From Chloroflexota bacterium (GTDB lineage Bacteria > Chloroflexota > UBA11872 > VXOZ01), in NCBI GenBank assembly GCA_963662335.2, contig CAXXVD010000004.1, positions 192,001 through 256,000 on the forward strand: DNA of 64,000 nt. The letters run 5' to 3'. The position numbers and the translations under genes were made by a program. Below, in pieces: positions 43,898-53,215 of this stretch. Position 1 is the stretch's first letter. Every line of letters begins with the position of its first letter. The notes under the pieces are model-generated. The model did no database searches and was not told the DNA's origin. It worked only from the letters and a program-made list of their open reading frames with translations.

Positions 43898-44980
43898 TTA
43901 GCGCAGGCGTTCGATGAGGGCATCGGCCACGTCCGACGTGCCGGCCGCCGTCGGGTCGTTGCGGTCGGGCTTCATGTCGTACGTTACGTGCGTGCCCTCG
44001 GCGATGACGTCAGCCAGCGCCCCTTCCATCCGGTTCGCGGCATCCTGCTCGCCCAGGTGCCGGAGCATCATCACGGCGGAGAACATCTGCGCCATCGGGT
44101 TCACCTTATTCTGGCCGGTGTACTTGGGCGCGCTGCCGTGAATAGGCTCGAAGAGCGCCGCCTGGTCGCCGATGTTCGCACCCGGGGCCACGCCCAGCCC
44201 CCCCACCAAGCCGGCGGATAGGTCGGACAGAATATCGCCGTACAGGTTGGGCATCACCATCACGTCGAACTGCTCCGGCCGGCGCACCAGTTGCATGCAG
44301 GTCGCGTCCACGATCATGTCCCAAAACTCGATCTCCGGGTAGTCTTCCGCCACCTCGCGGGCCACCCGCAGGAAGAGGCCGTCCGAGTGTTTCTGGATGT
44401 TGGCCTTGTGGATGGCCTGCACGCTCTTGCGCCCGTTCGCCCGCGCGTACTCGAAAGCGAACTTGACGATGCGGCGCGAACCCTCGACGGAGATCGGCTT
44501 GATGGTAATGCCGGAATCCAGGGGAATGCTGCTGCCGTGGTGGGCGCGGATGAAGTGGATAAGCTCCAGCGCGTCGCCCGCGCCTTCCTCGAACTCGATA
44601 CCGGCGTACAAGTCTTCCAGGTTCTCGCGCACCACCACGATGTCGATGTCGTCGAAACGCGATTGCACGCCGGTGTAGCTCTTGCAGGGCCGCAAGTTGG
44701 CGTAGCACTTCAGTTCCTTGCGCAGGGTGACGTTGAGGCTGCGAAAGCCGGTGCCCACCGGGGTGGTAATCGGCCCCTTGATTCCGACCTTGTTGCGGCG
44801 CAAGGAGTCGATAACTGACTGCGGCAGCAGTTCGCCGGTCTCTTCGAAGACGTGCAAACCCGCTTCTTGCACGTCCCACGTTATGTCAAGGCCAAGCGCC
44901 TCGACCACGCGGCAGGTCGCTTCCGTAATCTCGGGACCCACGCCGTCGCCCGGAATAAGGGTAATTGTATACGCCACCAA
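43898..44980 (-). CDS. icd: Isocitrate/isopropylmalate dehydrogenase family protein, probably isocitrate dehydrogenase
   Basis: [53 protein letters not shown]. Confidence 0.8.
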   Translation of the reverse strand: MVAYTITLIPGDGVGPEITEATCRVVEALGLDITWDVQEAGLHVFEETGELLPQSVIDSLRRNKVGIKGPITTPVGTGFRSLNVTLRKELKCYANLRPCKSYTGVQSRFDDIDIVVVRENLEDLYAGIEFEEGAGDALELIHFIRAHHGSSIPLDSGITIKPISVEGSRRIVKFAFEYARANGRKSVQAIHKANIQKHSDGLFLRVAREVAEDYPEIEFWDMIVDATCMQLVRRPEQFDVMVMPNLYGDILSDLSAGLVGGLGVAPGANIGDQAALFEPIHGSAPKYTGQNKVNPMAQMFSAVMMLRHLGEQDAANRMEGALADVIAEGTHVTYDMKPDRNDPTAAGTSDVADALIERLR

Positions 44981-45189
44981 GCATTCTCCTGTTCAATCGG
45001 AAATTTCAGTTCGTACGCGGCCCGCGCCGTTTTCACACGTCGCACAATTGCTATTCCTCCCTCGCATTATATACTGTGACTACGTGGTTCGCCAGAATAC
45101 GCATTCGCCGGGGCCGCGGCGCAGGCGCCGCAGCCGGCTGCCACGGGCGAGCCGGCCACCCGAGCGCATAGATACAAGGCACTCGCACT

Positions 45190-45648
45190 ATGAAGCAGAA
45201 ACTCACGTGGCTCTTCGTCCTCGCCTTTTCGGGGATTATCGGCCTGGGCATCATGTTCATGACCGCGCCGCGCAACCACGTCTACGATCCGCGCATCGAC
45301 GAACGCAACACGGCGATCGTGACCACGCGGCCGCAGGACATCATGGAAGCGATCCTTGCCCGCGCCGAAGGCCTGCCCAAGCAGGACATCGACATCATCG
45401 AGGCGCAGAACTCCCTGCCCACCTACGTGCGCTACTTCCCCATCCGGCGCTACACGGTCACGCGCGTGCGCATCCGCGCCAACGAACCGCTGTGGCTGGA
45501 CGCCTTCACGGTTGAGCCAACCTACGAGTACATCATCACGGCCGACGTGGAATACGCCGACCGCGACCAACGCCAAATCACGGTACACGTCACGCGCCCC
45601 GGCATGTTCACCGGCTTTTCGATACGCACCTCGCTCTTTACGCCGTAG
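45190..45648 (+). CDS. Hypothetical membrane-anchored protein
   Basis: Single N-terminal TM segment; strong host codon bias. Confidence 0.7.
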   Translation: MKQKLTWLFVLAFSGIIGLGIMFMTAPRNHVYDPRIDERNTAIVTTRPQDIMEAILARAEGLPKQDIDIIEAQNSLPTYVRYFPIRRYTVTRVRIRANEPLWLDAFTVEPTYEYIITADVEYADRDQRQITVHVTRPGMFTGFSIRTSLFTP

Positions 45649-45750
45649 ACGGTTTGCTCGAGGCATGTTCCTAGGCCGCTGCGGGAGAGGAGCAGAACCT
45701 GCCCTGCGCTCTATACGTTGATGAGGGTAGAGCATCGGAACGGAATCACT

Positions 45751-46806
45751 ATGCGCGGCAAGAGAAGCGCTTCACCGGACACCGGCCCGCGCGCGGGCCC
45801 CGGCGGTACCGTCTTCGACGAGGTCGCCGTCTGCGACACCGTTGCCGTAGCCGCAAGCGTGCTCATTCCGACGTGGAACGGCAGAGAACTGCTGCGCGCC
45901 TGCTTAGATACGCTGGCGCGGCAGACGTTCCGTGATTTCGAAGTGGTCGTGGCGGAAAACGGCTCTCGCGACGGCACGCTCGACATGCTGCGCCGCGAGT
46001 ATGCCTGGGTACGCGTCGTTCCTCTCGACCGCAATCTTGGCTTCGCGCGCGGCGTGCACGCGGCGTACAACGCCGCCAAAGGAGACCTGATCGTCTTGCT
46101 CAACAACGATACCGAAGCGGCGCCAACGTGGCTGGCAGAGCTTGTGAACGCAGCCAATCACCATCCGGAGGCCGCCTCCTTTGCGTGCAAGATCCTCCTA
46201 CATCAGGATCGCGGACGCTTGCACTCGGCCGGCGACTACTGCGGCTCCGACGGCATGCCGGGAAACCGCGGCGTCTGGGAAGAGGACGGCCCCGCCTTCA
46301 GCGAGCGCGGCTGGGTGTTCGGGGCGCAGGGCGCCGCCTGCGCGTACCGCCGCAGCCTGCTGGAGACTATTGGCTTCTTCGATGAAGGCCTCGTCTCCTA
46401 CTGCGAGGACGTAGACTTGAACTGGCGCGCCAATCTGCGGGGCTATCGCTGCCTCTACGTGCCGGAAGCCCGCGTCTACCACCACGTCTCCGCCACCGGC
46501 GGCGGGCCGCTCGCAAGCTACTATAGCGGTCGCAACATCATCGCGGTTGCCGTCAAAGACATGCCTGGGCCGTTGTGGCGGCGACACTGGCGGCAAATAG
46601 CCAAGCGACAGTTGACGCTCGCGCTCGACGCCGCGCGCAGCTTTCGGGGCGAGGCCGCGCGCGCGCGGCTGCGCGGACAGCTTGCGGGTCTCATGCTCAT
46701 TCCCGCCATGCTGCGCAAGCGCCGCGCCATACAAGGGCAGGCAACGGCAGACCTGGCGCGAATCGAGCAGTTGATGGGCCCGTGGATACTCCCGCTCAAG
46801 CAGTAA
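45751..46806 (+). CDS. GT2 glycosyltransferase
   Basis: IPTWNG, NGS.DG, NLGFA, LLNND, YCEDVDL; start codon uncertain. Confidence 0.88.
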   Translation: MRGKRSASPDTGPRAGPGGTVFDEVAVCDTVAVAASVLIPTWNGRELLRACLDTLARQTFRDFEVVVAENGSRDGTLDMLRREYAWVRVVPLDRNLGFARGVHAAYNAAKGDLIVLLNNDTEAAPTWLAELVNAANHHPEAASFACKILLHQDRGRLHSAGDYCGSDGMPGNRGVWEEDGPAFSERGWVFGAQGAACAYRRSLLETIGFFDEGLVSYCEDVDLNWRANLRGYRCLYVPEARVYHHVSATGGGPLASYYSGRNIIAVAVKDMPGPLWRRHWRQIAKRQLTLALDAARSFRGEAARARLRGQLAGLMLIPAMLRKRRAIQGQATADLARIEQLMGPWILPLKQ

Positions 46807-46950
46807 CGGCGTTGGCATGTGCCTGCCGGCCGTCACAGCCAATCTGAAGGAGTCCCCACCGCAGCTTGCTCCAATACGCTTGCAAGACAGTCCGGCTGCC
46901 CTATACTACGAGCAACAGCACGCACATCCAACGCAACCAAAGGAGCGATC

Positions 46951-47331
46951 ATGCCCATGAAGTTTCTCAAGCGCCTCCTCGGCGGCCCGGAGGAAGACGC
47001 TGAACCAGGCGCCGACCCGAACCTGCTGTGGTACTACGTTCGCTGCAACCGGTGCGGCGAGACCATTGCGATCATGGCGCGCAAGGGGTACGACCTGGTT
47101 GAAGAATTCGCGGAATCAAGCGATGAATCAAGCGGCGCCGACGCGCCCATCGGCTACAGCCTCTATAAGGACGCCATGGGCCGCAGCGATACGTGCTTCC
47201 AGCACATGCGGATCGAGATTCACTATAACGTACAGTATGAGGAGCAAAGCCGGCACATCGAGGGTGGCACGTTCATCACGGCTGAAGAGTACCACGCCGG
47301 CGCCGATGGAGACGCGCGCGCCGAAGAGTAG
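46951..47331 (+). CDS. Hypothetical protein with C..C and C metal-binding-like residues
   Basis: AGGAG RBS; YVRCNRCGE...CFQ. Confidence 0.7.
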   Translation: MPMKFLKRLLGGPEEDAEPGADPNLLWYYVRCNRCGETIAIMARKGYDLVEEFAESSDESSGADAPIGYSLYKDAMGRSDTCFQHMRIEIHYNVQYEEQSRHIEGGTFITAEEYHAGADGDARAEE

Positions 47332-47343
47332 AGAGAACTCGCG

Positions 47344-48795
47344 ATGAACCCAGGACTGCCGGCCGCTCCCCCGCGACGCAGCACGCTCGCCGGTACCGCG
47401 TGGATCCCGCTCTTCATCGTCGCTGTCGTGCTGCTCGGCGTCGTCATCGGCTGGGGAGCGGCCAACCTCTCGCCGCTTGCGCTGCTCTTCCTACTCTTTC
47501 TGCTTGCCGGGCTGCTTGGGAGTATCGCGGTTGCCTTCCAACCGGGCCTCGCGCTCATCGGGCTGATCGCAATCGTGTGGGTATTGCCGTTCGGCACGCT
47601 GCCGTTCCGCATCGGCTTTCGCTTTAGCTTTCTGGATCTGGCGACCGGCGCGCTGCTCTTTCTCTTCGCGTGGCAAGTGTGCACGCGCCGCTTGCGTCTC
47701 CCGCCGCGCGCGCCCCTTATCGCCGTTGCGCTCTACGCCCTCTTGCTCCTCGTGGCCGCCGCCAACGGTCTGCGTTTCGGCCTGACCGAAGACGCCGTCA
47801 CGCACTCGCTCAAGCTGGCCTCGAGCGCGTTCCTGTTCGTCATGCTCACGACCTGGCTGCAAACGGAGAGAGCCATCCGGCGCGCGGCCGCGTGGTTTCT
47901 CGCGTGCGCCGCCGGCGAAGCGCTGCTTGGCGTGCTGTTCTACTTCCTGCCCGCGGCGCACACGATCAGAATCCTCTCGCAACTGGATCCATTCGGCTAT
48001 CCGGCCGGCGGCGCCGTACTGCGCTACATTGCCGGCACGCCCTTGCTCCGCGCTACCGGAACCAGCATCGACCCCAACATGCTCGGCGGCGCTTTGGTAT
48101 TCGCCATTGCGTTTGGCGTGGCGCTCTGGGCGCATCAACCGCGGCGTTGGTGGGTGCTCGGACTGGTGGGCCTCTTCTTGCTCTGCCTCCTCCTCACCCG
48201 GTCGCGCGCCGCCTTGCTGGGCAGCGGCGCGGCCATCGCGGCGCTCACGGTACTGCGCTACCGCTGGCTGCTATGGCTCTACCCCGTCGGCGGCCTGGCA
48301 ATCGTCGCCCTCCCCCAAACGCGCGCCATGCTCCTGCACCTTATCTCCGGGCTGCGCGCGCAGGATCGGGCGGCGGCGATGCGTCTCGATGAGTATGCCA
48401 AGTCCTTTCAACTCATCCAGGAATTTCCGGTGCTTGGCGTGGGATTCGGCCCGGCGCCAAGCATAGACACGTTCGTCGGCGTCTCGAGCATCTACTTGCA
48501 ACTCGCCGAATTGGGAGGAGTACTCACCCTTGCCGCCTTCTGCCTGGCGGTTGGGGCCGCGCTCTGGAGCACGTGGCAGGGCTGGCGCGCGCACGGGGCG
48601 CCGGCGAATGAGTGGGTCGCGCTGGGCGCCATTGCCGGCTTGCTCGGCGCGCTCGTGACCGGACTCTTCGATCATCATTATGTCGTCTTCCCGCACTTGG
48701 CAACACTCTTCTGGCTCGTCGCCGGACTTGGCGCCGCGGCTGCGTGGGTGTCGACGTCGTCGCAGGCGCGGCAAGACCCGAAACACACCACTTAA
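47344..48795 (+). CDS. O-antigen ligase / Wzy_C family membrane protein
   Basis: About 12 TM segments, RATG...DPN, LT.SR.A, R, P.LGVG.G, FDH. Confidence 0.85.
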   Translation: MNPGLPAAPPRRSTLAGTAWIPLFIVAVVLLGVVIGWGAANLSPLALLFLLFLLAGLLGSIAVAFQPGLALIGLIAIVWVLPFGTLPFRIGFRFSFLDLATGALLFLFAWQVCTRRLRLPPRAPLIAVALYALLLLVAAANGLRFGLTEDAVTHSLKLASSAFLFVMLTTWLQTERAIRRAAAWFLACAAGEALLGVLFYFLPAAHTIRILSQLDPFGYPAGGAVLRYIAGTPLLRATGTSIDPNMLGGALVFAIAFGVALWAHQPRRWWVLGLVGLFLLCLLLTRSRAALLGSGAAIAALTVLRYRWLLWLYPVGGLAIVALPQTRAMLLHLISGLRAQDRAAAMRLDEYAKSFQLIQEFPVLGVGFGPAPSIDTFVGVSSIYLQLAELGGVLTLAAFCLAVGAALWSTWQGWRAHGAPANEWVALGAIAGLLGALVTGLFDHHYVVFPHLATLFWLVAGLGAAAAWVSTSSQARQDPKHTT

Positions 48796-48947
48796 TGCAA
48801 TTTCGTCGAAGATACTGCCGCATGATGCTATGATGAGTGCTGACCGCGTCGAACGAGGGATTTGCCGTCTACGACGAAGTCGCCATTCACAGAATCCCGC
48901 AGAGCCGCGTGAAGCACGGAGAATCCCACCCAAACCCAGCATCAGGC

Positions 48948-50072
48948 ATGAAGATTGGCATCGATTGCCGCCTGCACTACTACAATCGCACGGGTATCGG
49001 CCGTTACATTCGCAACCTCGTTCAGGAGTTCCCACACTGCGCCGCAGCCGATGTGGAGTTGATTCTCTTCCAGAGTAGGCGGGAACGGGAGGCGCTCATG
49101 CAAGCGCCGGCGATACGCCGTCGCACGGTCTTGACGCCGGCGCATCACCGCTGGGAACGGTGGCTGTTGGCGGCGGAGATCGGGCTGAGCAACGTGGACG
49201 TGCTGCACAGTCCCGACCACGTTGCGCCGCATCGCCGCGGCTGGCAGAGCGTGGTTTCGATACTCGACCTCACCTTCCTGGCGCATCCGGAGACCCACAG
49301 TCCTGAGAGCCTTCGCTACTACGCGCAGGTCTTTCGCACGCTGCGTCACGCGGCCAAGGTGATTACTATATCGGACTTCACCCGGCACGAGGTCCTCAAC
49401 CGCGTCTCCATTGCGCCGGAGCGGGTGGAGACCGTCCCCTTGGCGGCAGACCCGGCCTACTACCCGCGCCCCCAAACCGCTTGCGCACGTCTCAGAAGAC
49501 GCCTTGAGATTCCCCATCCATACTTTCTCGTTGTTGGCACGATCGAAGCGCGCAAGAATCTTGAGCGCCTTATCACCGCGTACGCCTCGCTGCCGCGGCG
49601 AGATCGCCCCCACCTGGTCTTTGCCGGCGGCAGAGGCTACCAGTACGAGCGAGTCCTCGAAGCGGTACAAGCGTACCGCGTGGAGGATCAGGTGCGCTTT
49701 CTCGGGCACGTTGACGACGCCGACCTGCCGCTGCTCTACTCCGGGGCCTTCTGTCTGCTCTATCCTTCCCGCTACGAAGGCTTTGGCTTGCCTATTCTCG
49801 AAGCGATGGCTTGCGGCTGTCCGGTGATTACGTCCAACTGCGGGAGCATGGCGGAGGTCGCCGGTGATGCCGCCGTTCTCGTGGATCCGCTTTCCACGGA
49901 GTCGCTCGCGGCGGGCATCGCCGCACTCATGGAACAGCCGGCGCTGCGGGACGATCTGGTGGCGAAGGGCTTTGCCCGCGCGCGGCAGTTCTCCTGGCGC
50001 ACCACGGCTGAGAAGACGCTCGCCGTCTACCGGCAGGTGGCGGCCGCGACGCAGTCGGCGGAGGTTCACTGA
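48948..50072 (+). CDS. GT4 glycosyltransferase (mannosyltransferase-like)
   Basis: TGIGRY, VGTIEARKN, PSRYEGFGLPILEAMACG. Confidence 0.92.
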   Translation: MKIGIDCRLHYYNRTGIGRYIRNLVQEFPHCAAADVELILFQSRREREALMQAPAIRRRTVLTPAHHRWERWLLAAEIGLSNVDVLHSPDHVAPHRRGWQSVVSILDLTFLAHPETHSPESLRYYAQVFRTLRHAAKVITISDFTRHEVLNRVSIAPERVETVPLAADPAYYPRPQTACARLRRRLEIPHPYFLVVGTIEARKNLERLITAYASLPRRDRPHLVFAGGRGYQYERVLEAVQAYRVEDQVRFLGHVDDADLPLLYSGAFCLLYPSRYEGFGLPILEAMACGCPVITSNCGSMAEVAGDAAVLVDPLSTESLAAGIAALMEQPALRDDLVAKGFARARQFSWRTTAEKTLAVYRQVAAATQSAEVH

Positions 50073-51280
50073 TGCGCGTGCTCTTCCTCACGCCGCAACC
50101 GCCTTGGCCGCCGCACACCGGTCCTGCCGTCCGCAACTACCAACTCATTGCCGGCGCCGCCGCGCGCCACAGCGTCTACGTGCTCTGCTTTGGCGATGCC
50201 GACACGGACCTCAGCGCGCTCGATGAACTCTGCAGCTGGGCGGGGTGGGTAGCACGGCCCCATCCGAATCTTCGCAAACGCATCCGGCGCCTGCTGGGCA
50301 GCCCCGAACCGGACCTGGCGCTCCGCCTGTGGAGCGAGCCCTTCGCCGAGCGCCTGCGCTTCATCCTGGCGCACCAGCGCTTCGACATCGTGCAATGCGC
50401 AGGCTTGGAGATGGCTCCCTACCTCGCCGTGGCGAAAGCGCAGAGCCTCAAGAGCCGCCTCGTGCTCGACGAGTACAACGTCGAGTACCTCTTGCAAGAA
50501 CGCATAGCCGCCGTCTCCCACACGGTGGGGCGTTGGTACTCACGCGAACAAGCGCGGCGGCTGCGTGGGTATGAATCAAGAGCGCTCGCCGCGAGCGACG
50601 GCTGGATCGCCGTTTCCGAGAGAGACGCAACCGTGCTGAAGCCCCTCTCTGCCGGCAAGCCTCACGCGGTCATTCCCATCGGCGTCGCTCCGGCAGACCA
50701 TGCGCCCCCGGAGAAACCCCTGGCAAGATCCCCGCGTCTCTTCTTTGCCGGCACGCTAGACTACCGCCCGAACCGGGATGGTTTGCGCTGGTTCTGCACG
50801 CGCGTCTGGCCGCTCATTCGCGCCGAAGCGCCCACGGCTGAATTCATAATTGCCGGTTCAGGCGCGGGCCGGGGCAGCGTATGGTTCCGTCAGCCGGGGA
50901 TACACCTCCTCGGCTACCTGGACGAGCGGGAATTCGCGCAGGCACTGGGCGGCGCGTGGGTCGTGGTAGCGCCGCTGCGGGCGGGGAGCGGTATGCGCGT
51001 CAAGATACTGGAGGCCTTCCTGTGGGCGAAGCCGGTCGTAACCACCAGCGTCGGCATCGAGGGCATCGCCGCCGCGCCGGGCGAACACGTGCGCATCGGC
51101 GATACGCCGGAAACCTTTGCCGCGCACACAATAGAGTTGCTGCGCGATCGGCTCCTGGCCGCAGAGCAAGGCCAAGCGGCCAAACGCCTGGCGGAGGAAC
51201 TCTACGATTGGCGGCGCTTCAGCCCGCGCCTGCTTGACTTCTACGAGCGCCTCATGGAACCGCGCCATGCCCACGTGTAG
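50072..51280 (+). CDS. GT4 glycosyltransferase
   Basis: P.PP..G..R, YNVE, G..DY.PN, PLRAGSG.R.KILEA. Confidence 0.88.
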   Translation: MRVLFLTPQPPWPPHTGPAVRNYQLIAGAAARHSVYVLCFGDADTDLSALDELCSWAGWVARPHPNLRKRIRRLLGSPEPDLALRLWSEPFAERLRFILAHQRFDIVQCAGLEMAPYLAVAKAQSLKSRLVLDEYNVEYLLQERIAAVSHTVGRWYSREQARRLRGYESRALAASDGWIAVSERDATVLKPLSAGKPHAVIPIGVAPADHAPPEKPLARSPRLFFAGTLDYRPNRDGLRWFCTRVWPLIRAEAPTAEFIIAGSGAGRGSVWFRQPGIHLLGYLDEREFAQALGGAWVVVAPLRAGSGMRVKILEAFLWAKPVVTTSVGIEGIAAAPGEHVRIGDTPETFAAHTIELLRDRLLAAEQGQAAKRLAEELYDWRRFSPRLLDFYERLMEPRHAHV

Positions 51281-52295
51281 CGTTTCGCTGGTCATCACCG
51301 TGCGCAACGAGGAGGCGGCGCTGCCCGCGCTGCTGGCGTCGCTGGCAGCGCAGGAGCGCCCGCCGGACGAGATCGTCATCGCCGACGGCGGTTCCACCGA
51401 TGGCACCGTACCCTTGTTGCGGTCCTTTGCCGCAAGCCGGCCGCGCTCCGCCGTTTCGACGCAAGCGGGAAACCCACGGCCCGCTAGCTCGTCATTCCCG
51501 CGCAAGCGGGAACCCGCCGTCATCGTGCTCGAACTGCCGGGCGCCAACATCGCCCAGGGACGCAACGCCGCCATTCGCGCCGCCTGCGGGGACGTCATTG
51601 CCGTTACCGACGCCGGTGTCACGTTGCCTTCGTACTGGCTTGCCGAATTGGTGCGCCCGTTGGAAGAGCGGCCGGAAGTCGATATGGTCGGCGGCTACTC
51701 CCGCGCGGCGCCTCAGACGCCCTTCGAAGAACTCCTGGCGGCAACAACGCTGCCATTGGTGAGTGAAGTACGGGAAGCGGAATACCTCGCCTCCAGCCGC
51801 AGCGCCGCCTTCCGCCGCGCGCTGTGGGAAAGAGTCGGCGGCTATCCGGAGTGGCTCGACTATTGCGAAGACGTGGTCTTCGACCGCAATTGCCAGGCGA
51901 CAGGCGCGCACATCGTCTTTCAGCCGGCTGCGAGCGTGCGCTTCCGTCCCCGCTCAAGTTTGCGCGCGTACTTCATCCAGTACTATCGCTACGCCCGGGG
52001 CGACGGCAAGGCGAACCTCTGGCCGGAACGCCACGCCCTCCGCTATGCCGCCTACCTGCTCGGCGGCCTCTTGCTCGGGCGCGGCCGGCGGAATCCGCTC
52101 TGGTGGGCCGTGCTCGGCGGCGCAGCCGTTGCCGCCGTCCGCAAGCCGCTCATGCGCGTCCTGACCGATCCCGCACCGGGCCGCGGGCGCCCCGCGACCG
52201 CGCTCGCCGGTATTCTGTGGCTACGCATCGTGGGTGACATTGCCAAGATGGTTGGCTACCCGGTAGGAGTGTGGTGGCGATGGCGCAACCGCTGA
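51267..52295 (+). CDS. GT2 glycosyltransferase with repeat-derived insertion
   Basis: TVRNE, DGGSTDG, GRN.AI, TDAG, ED, QYYRYARGDG. Confidence 0.88.
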   Translation: MPTCSVSLVITVRNEEAALPALLASLAAQERPPDEIVIADGGSTDGTVPLLRSFAASRPRSAVSTQAGNPRPASSSFPRKREPAVIVLELPGANIAQGRNAAIRAACGDVIAVTDAGVTLPSYWLAELVRPLEERPEVDMVGGYSRAAPQTPFEELLAATTLPLVSEVREAEYLASSRSAAFRRALWERVGGYPEWLDYCEDVVFDRNCQATGAHIVFQPAASVRFRPRSSLRAYFIQYYRYARGDGKANLWPERHALRYAAYLLGGLLLGRGRRNPLWWAVLGGAAVAAVRKPLMRVLTDPAPGRGRPATALAGILWLRIVGDIAKMVGYPVGVWWRWRNR

Positions 52296-53209
52296 GCGCG
52301 AAGTCTCCGGCGCTTTCCATCATCATCGTCACGCACAATGTCCCGGCGCTACTGCGCGCCTGCCTCGCCTCGCTCTATGCCAGCGACTTCGCGCACGGCT
52401 TTGAGGTCTTCGTCGTAGACAACGGCGACGACGACTCCCTCGCAATGGTGGCCGCCGCGTTTCCAGACGCCAAACGTATTCTGGGCTCACCGCACATTGG
52501 CTTTGCGGCCGGCAACAACCTGGCGTTGCCCCACGCCCGCGGCCGCTACGTGCTGCTGCTCAACCCGGATACGGAACTGCCGCCCACCGCGCTCTCGCAA
52601 CTCTATGACGTGATGGAGGCGCATCCGCAGTGGGGCATAGTCGGCCCCAAACTCATTCGCGCCGACGGGAGCCTGGACCTCGCCTGCCGCCGCTCGTTTC
52701 CCACGCCGTGGAACGCGCTCATGAAGGCCGCGGGCCTGGCAAGACGTTTCCCCCACTCGCGCCTCACGGCCGGCTACAACCTCACCTACCTGGATCCCGA
52801 TGAAAGCTACCCCCTCGACGCGGTAGTGGGCGCGTTCATGTTCATCCGCCGCGAAGCCCTCGCCCAAGCAGGGCCGCTGGACGATGTCTTCTTCATGTAC
52901 GGCGAAGACCTTGACCTTTGCTATCGCATGAAGCAAGCTGGATGGCAGGTGTGGTACTGGCCGGCGGTTGCCGTACGCCACCTGAAAGGCGAGAGCAGCC
53001 GCCAGCGGCCCGGCCGCGTGACGTTCGAGTTCTTTCGCGCGATGCACGTGTTCTACGCCAAGCACCAGGCGCCGCGCTATCCTTTCATCTTGAATGTCCT
53101 CGTCATCATGGCAATTTGGTTCTTCTTCCTGCTGGCCGCGCTCCGGCTCCGGCTGCGGCGGGGCCCCCGGCAACCGCCGCGGCTCACGGCGCTCTCGCAG
53201 CGGAGGTGA
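52280..53209 (+). CDS. GT2 glycosyltransferase (WbbL-like)
   Basis: VDN, GFAAGNN, LLNPDT, FFMYGEDLDLC.R, H.KG.S. Confidence 0.88.
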   Translation: MAQPLSAKSPALSIIIVTHNVPALLRACLASLYASDFAHGFEVFVVDNGDDDSLAMVAAAFPDAKRILGSPHIGFAAGNNLALPHARGRYVLLLNPDTELPPTALSQLYDVMEAHPQWGIVGPKLIRADGSLDLACRRSFPTPWNALMKAAGLARRFPHSRLTAGYNLTYLDPDESYPLDAVVGAFMFIRREALAQAGPLDDVFFMYGEDLDLCYRMKQAGWQVWYWPAVAVRHLKGESSRQRPGRVTFEFFRAMHVFYAKHQAPRYPFILNVLVIMAIWFFFLLAALRLRLRRGPRQPPRLTALSQRR

Positions 53210-53215
53210 CGCGGC

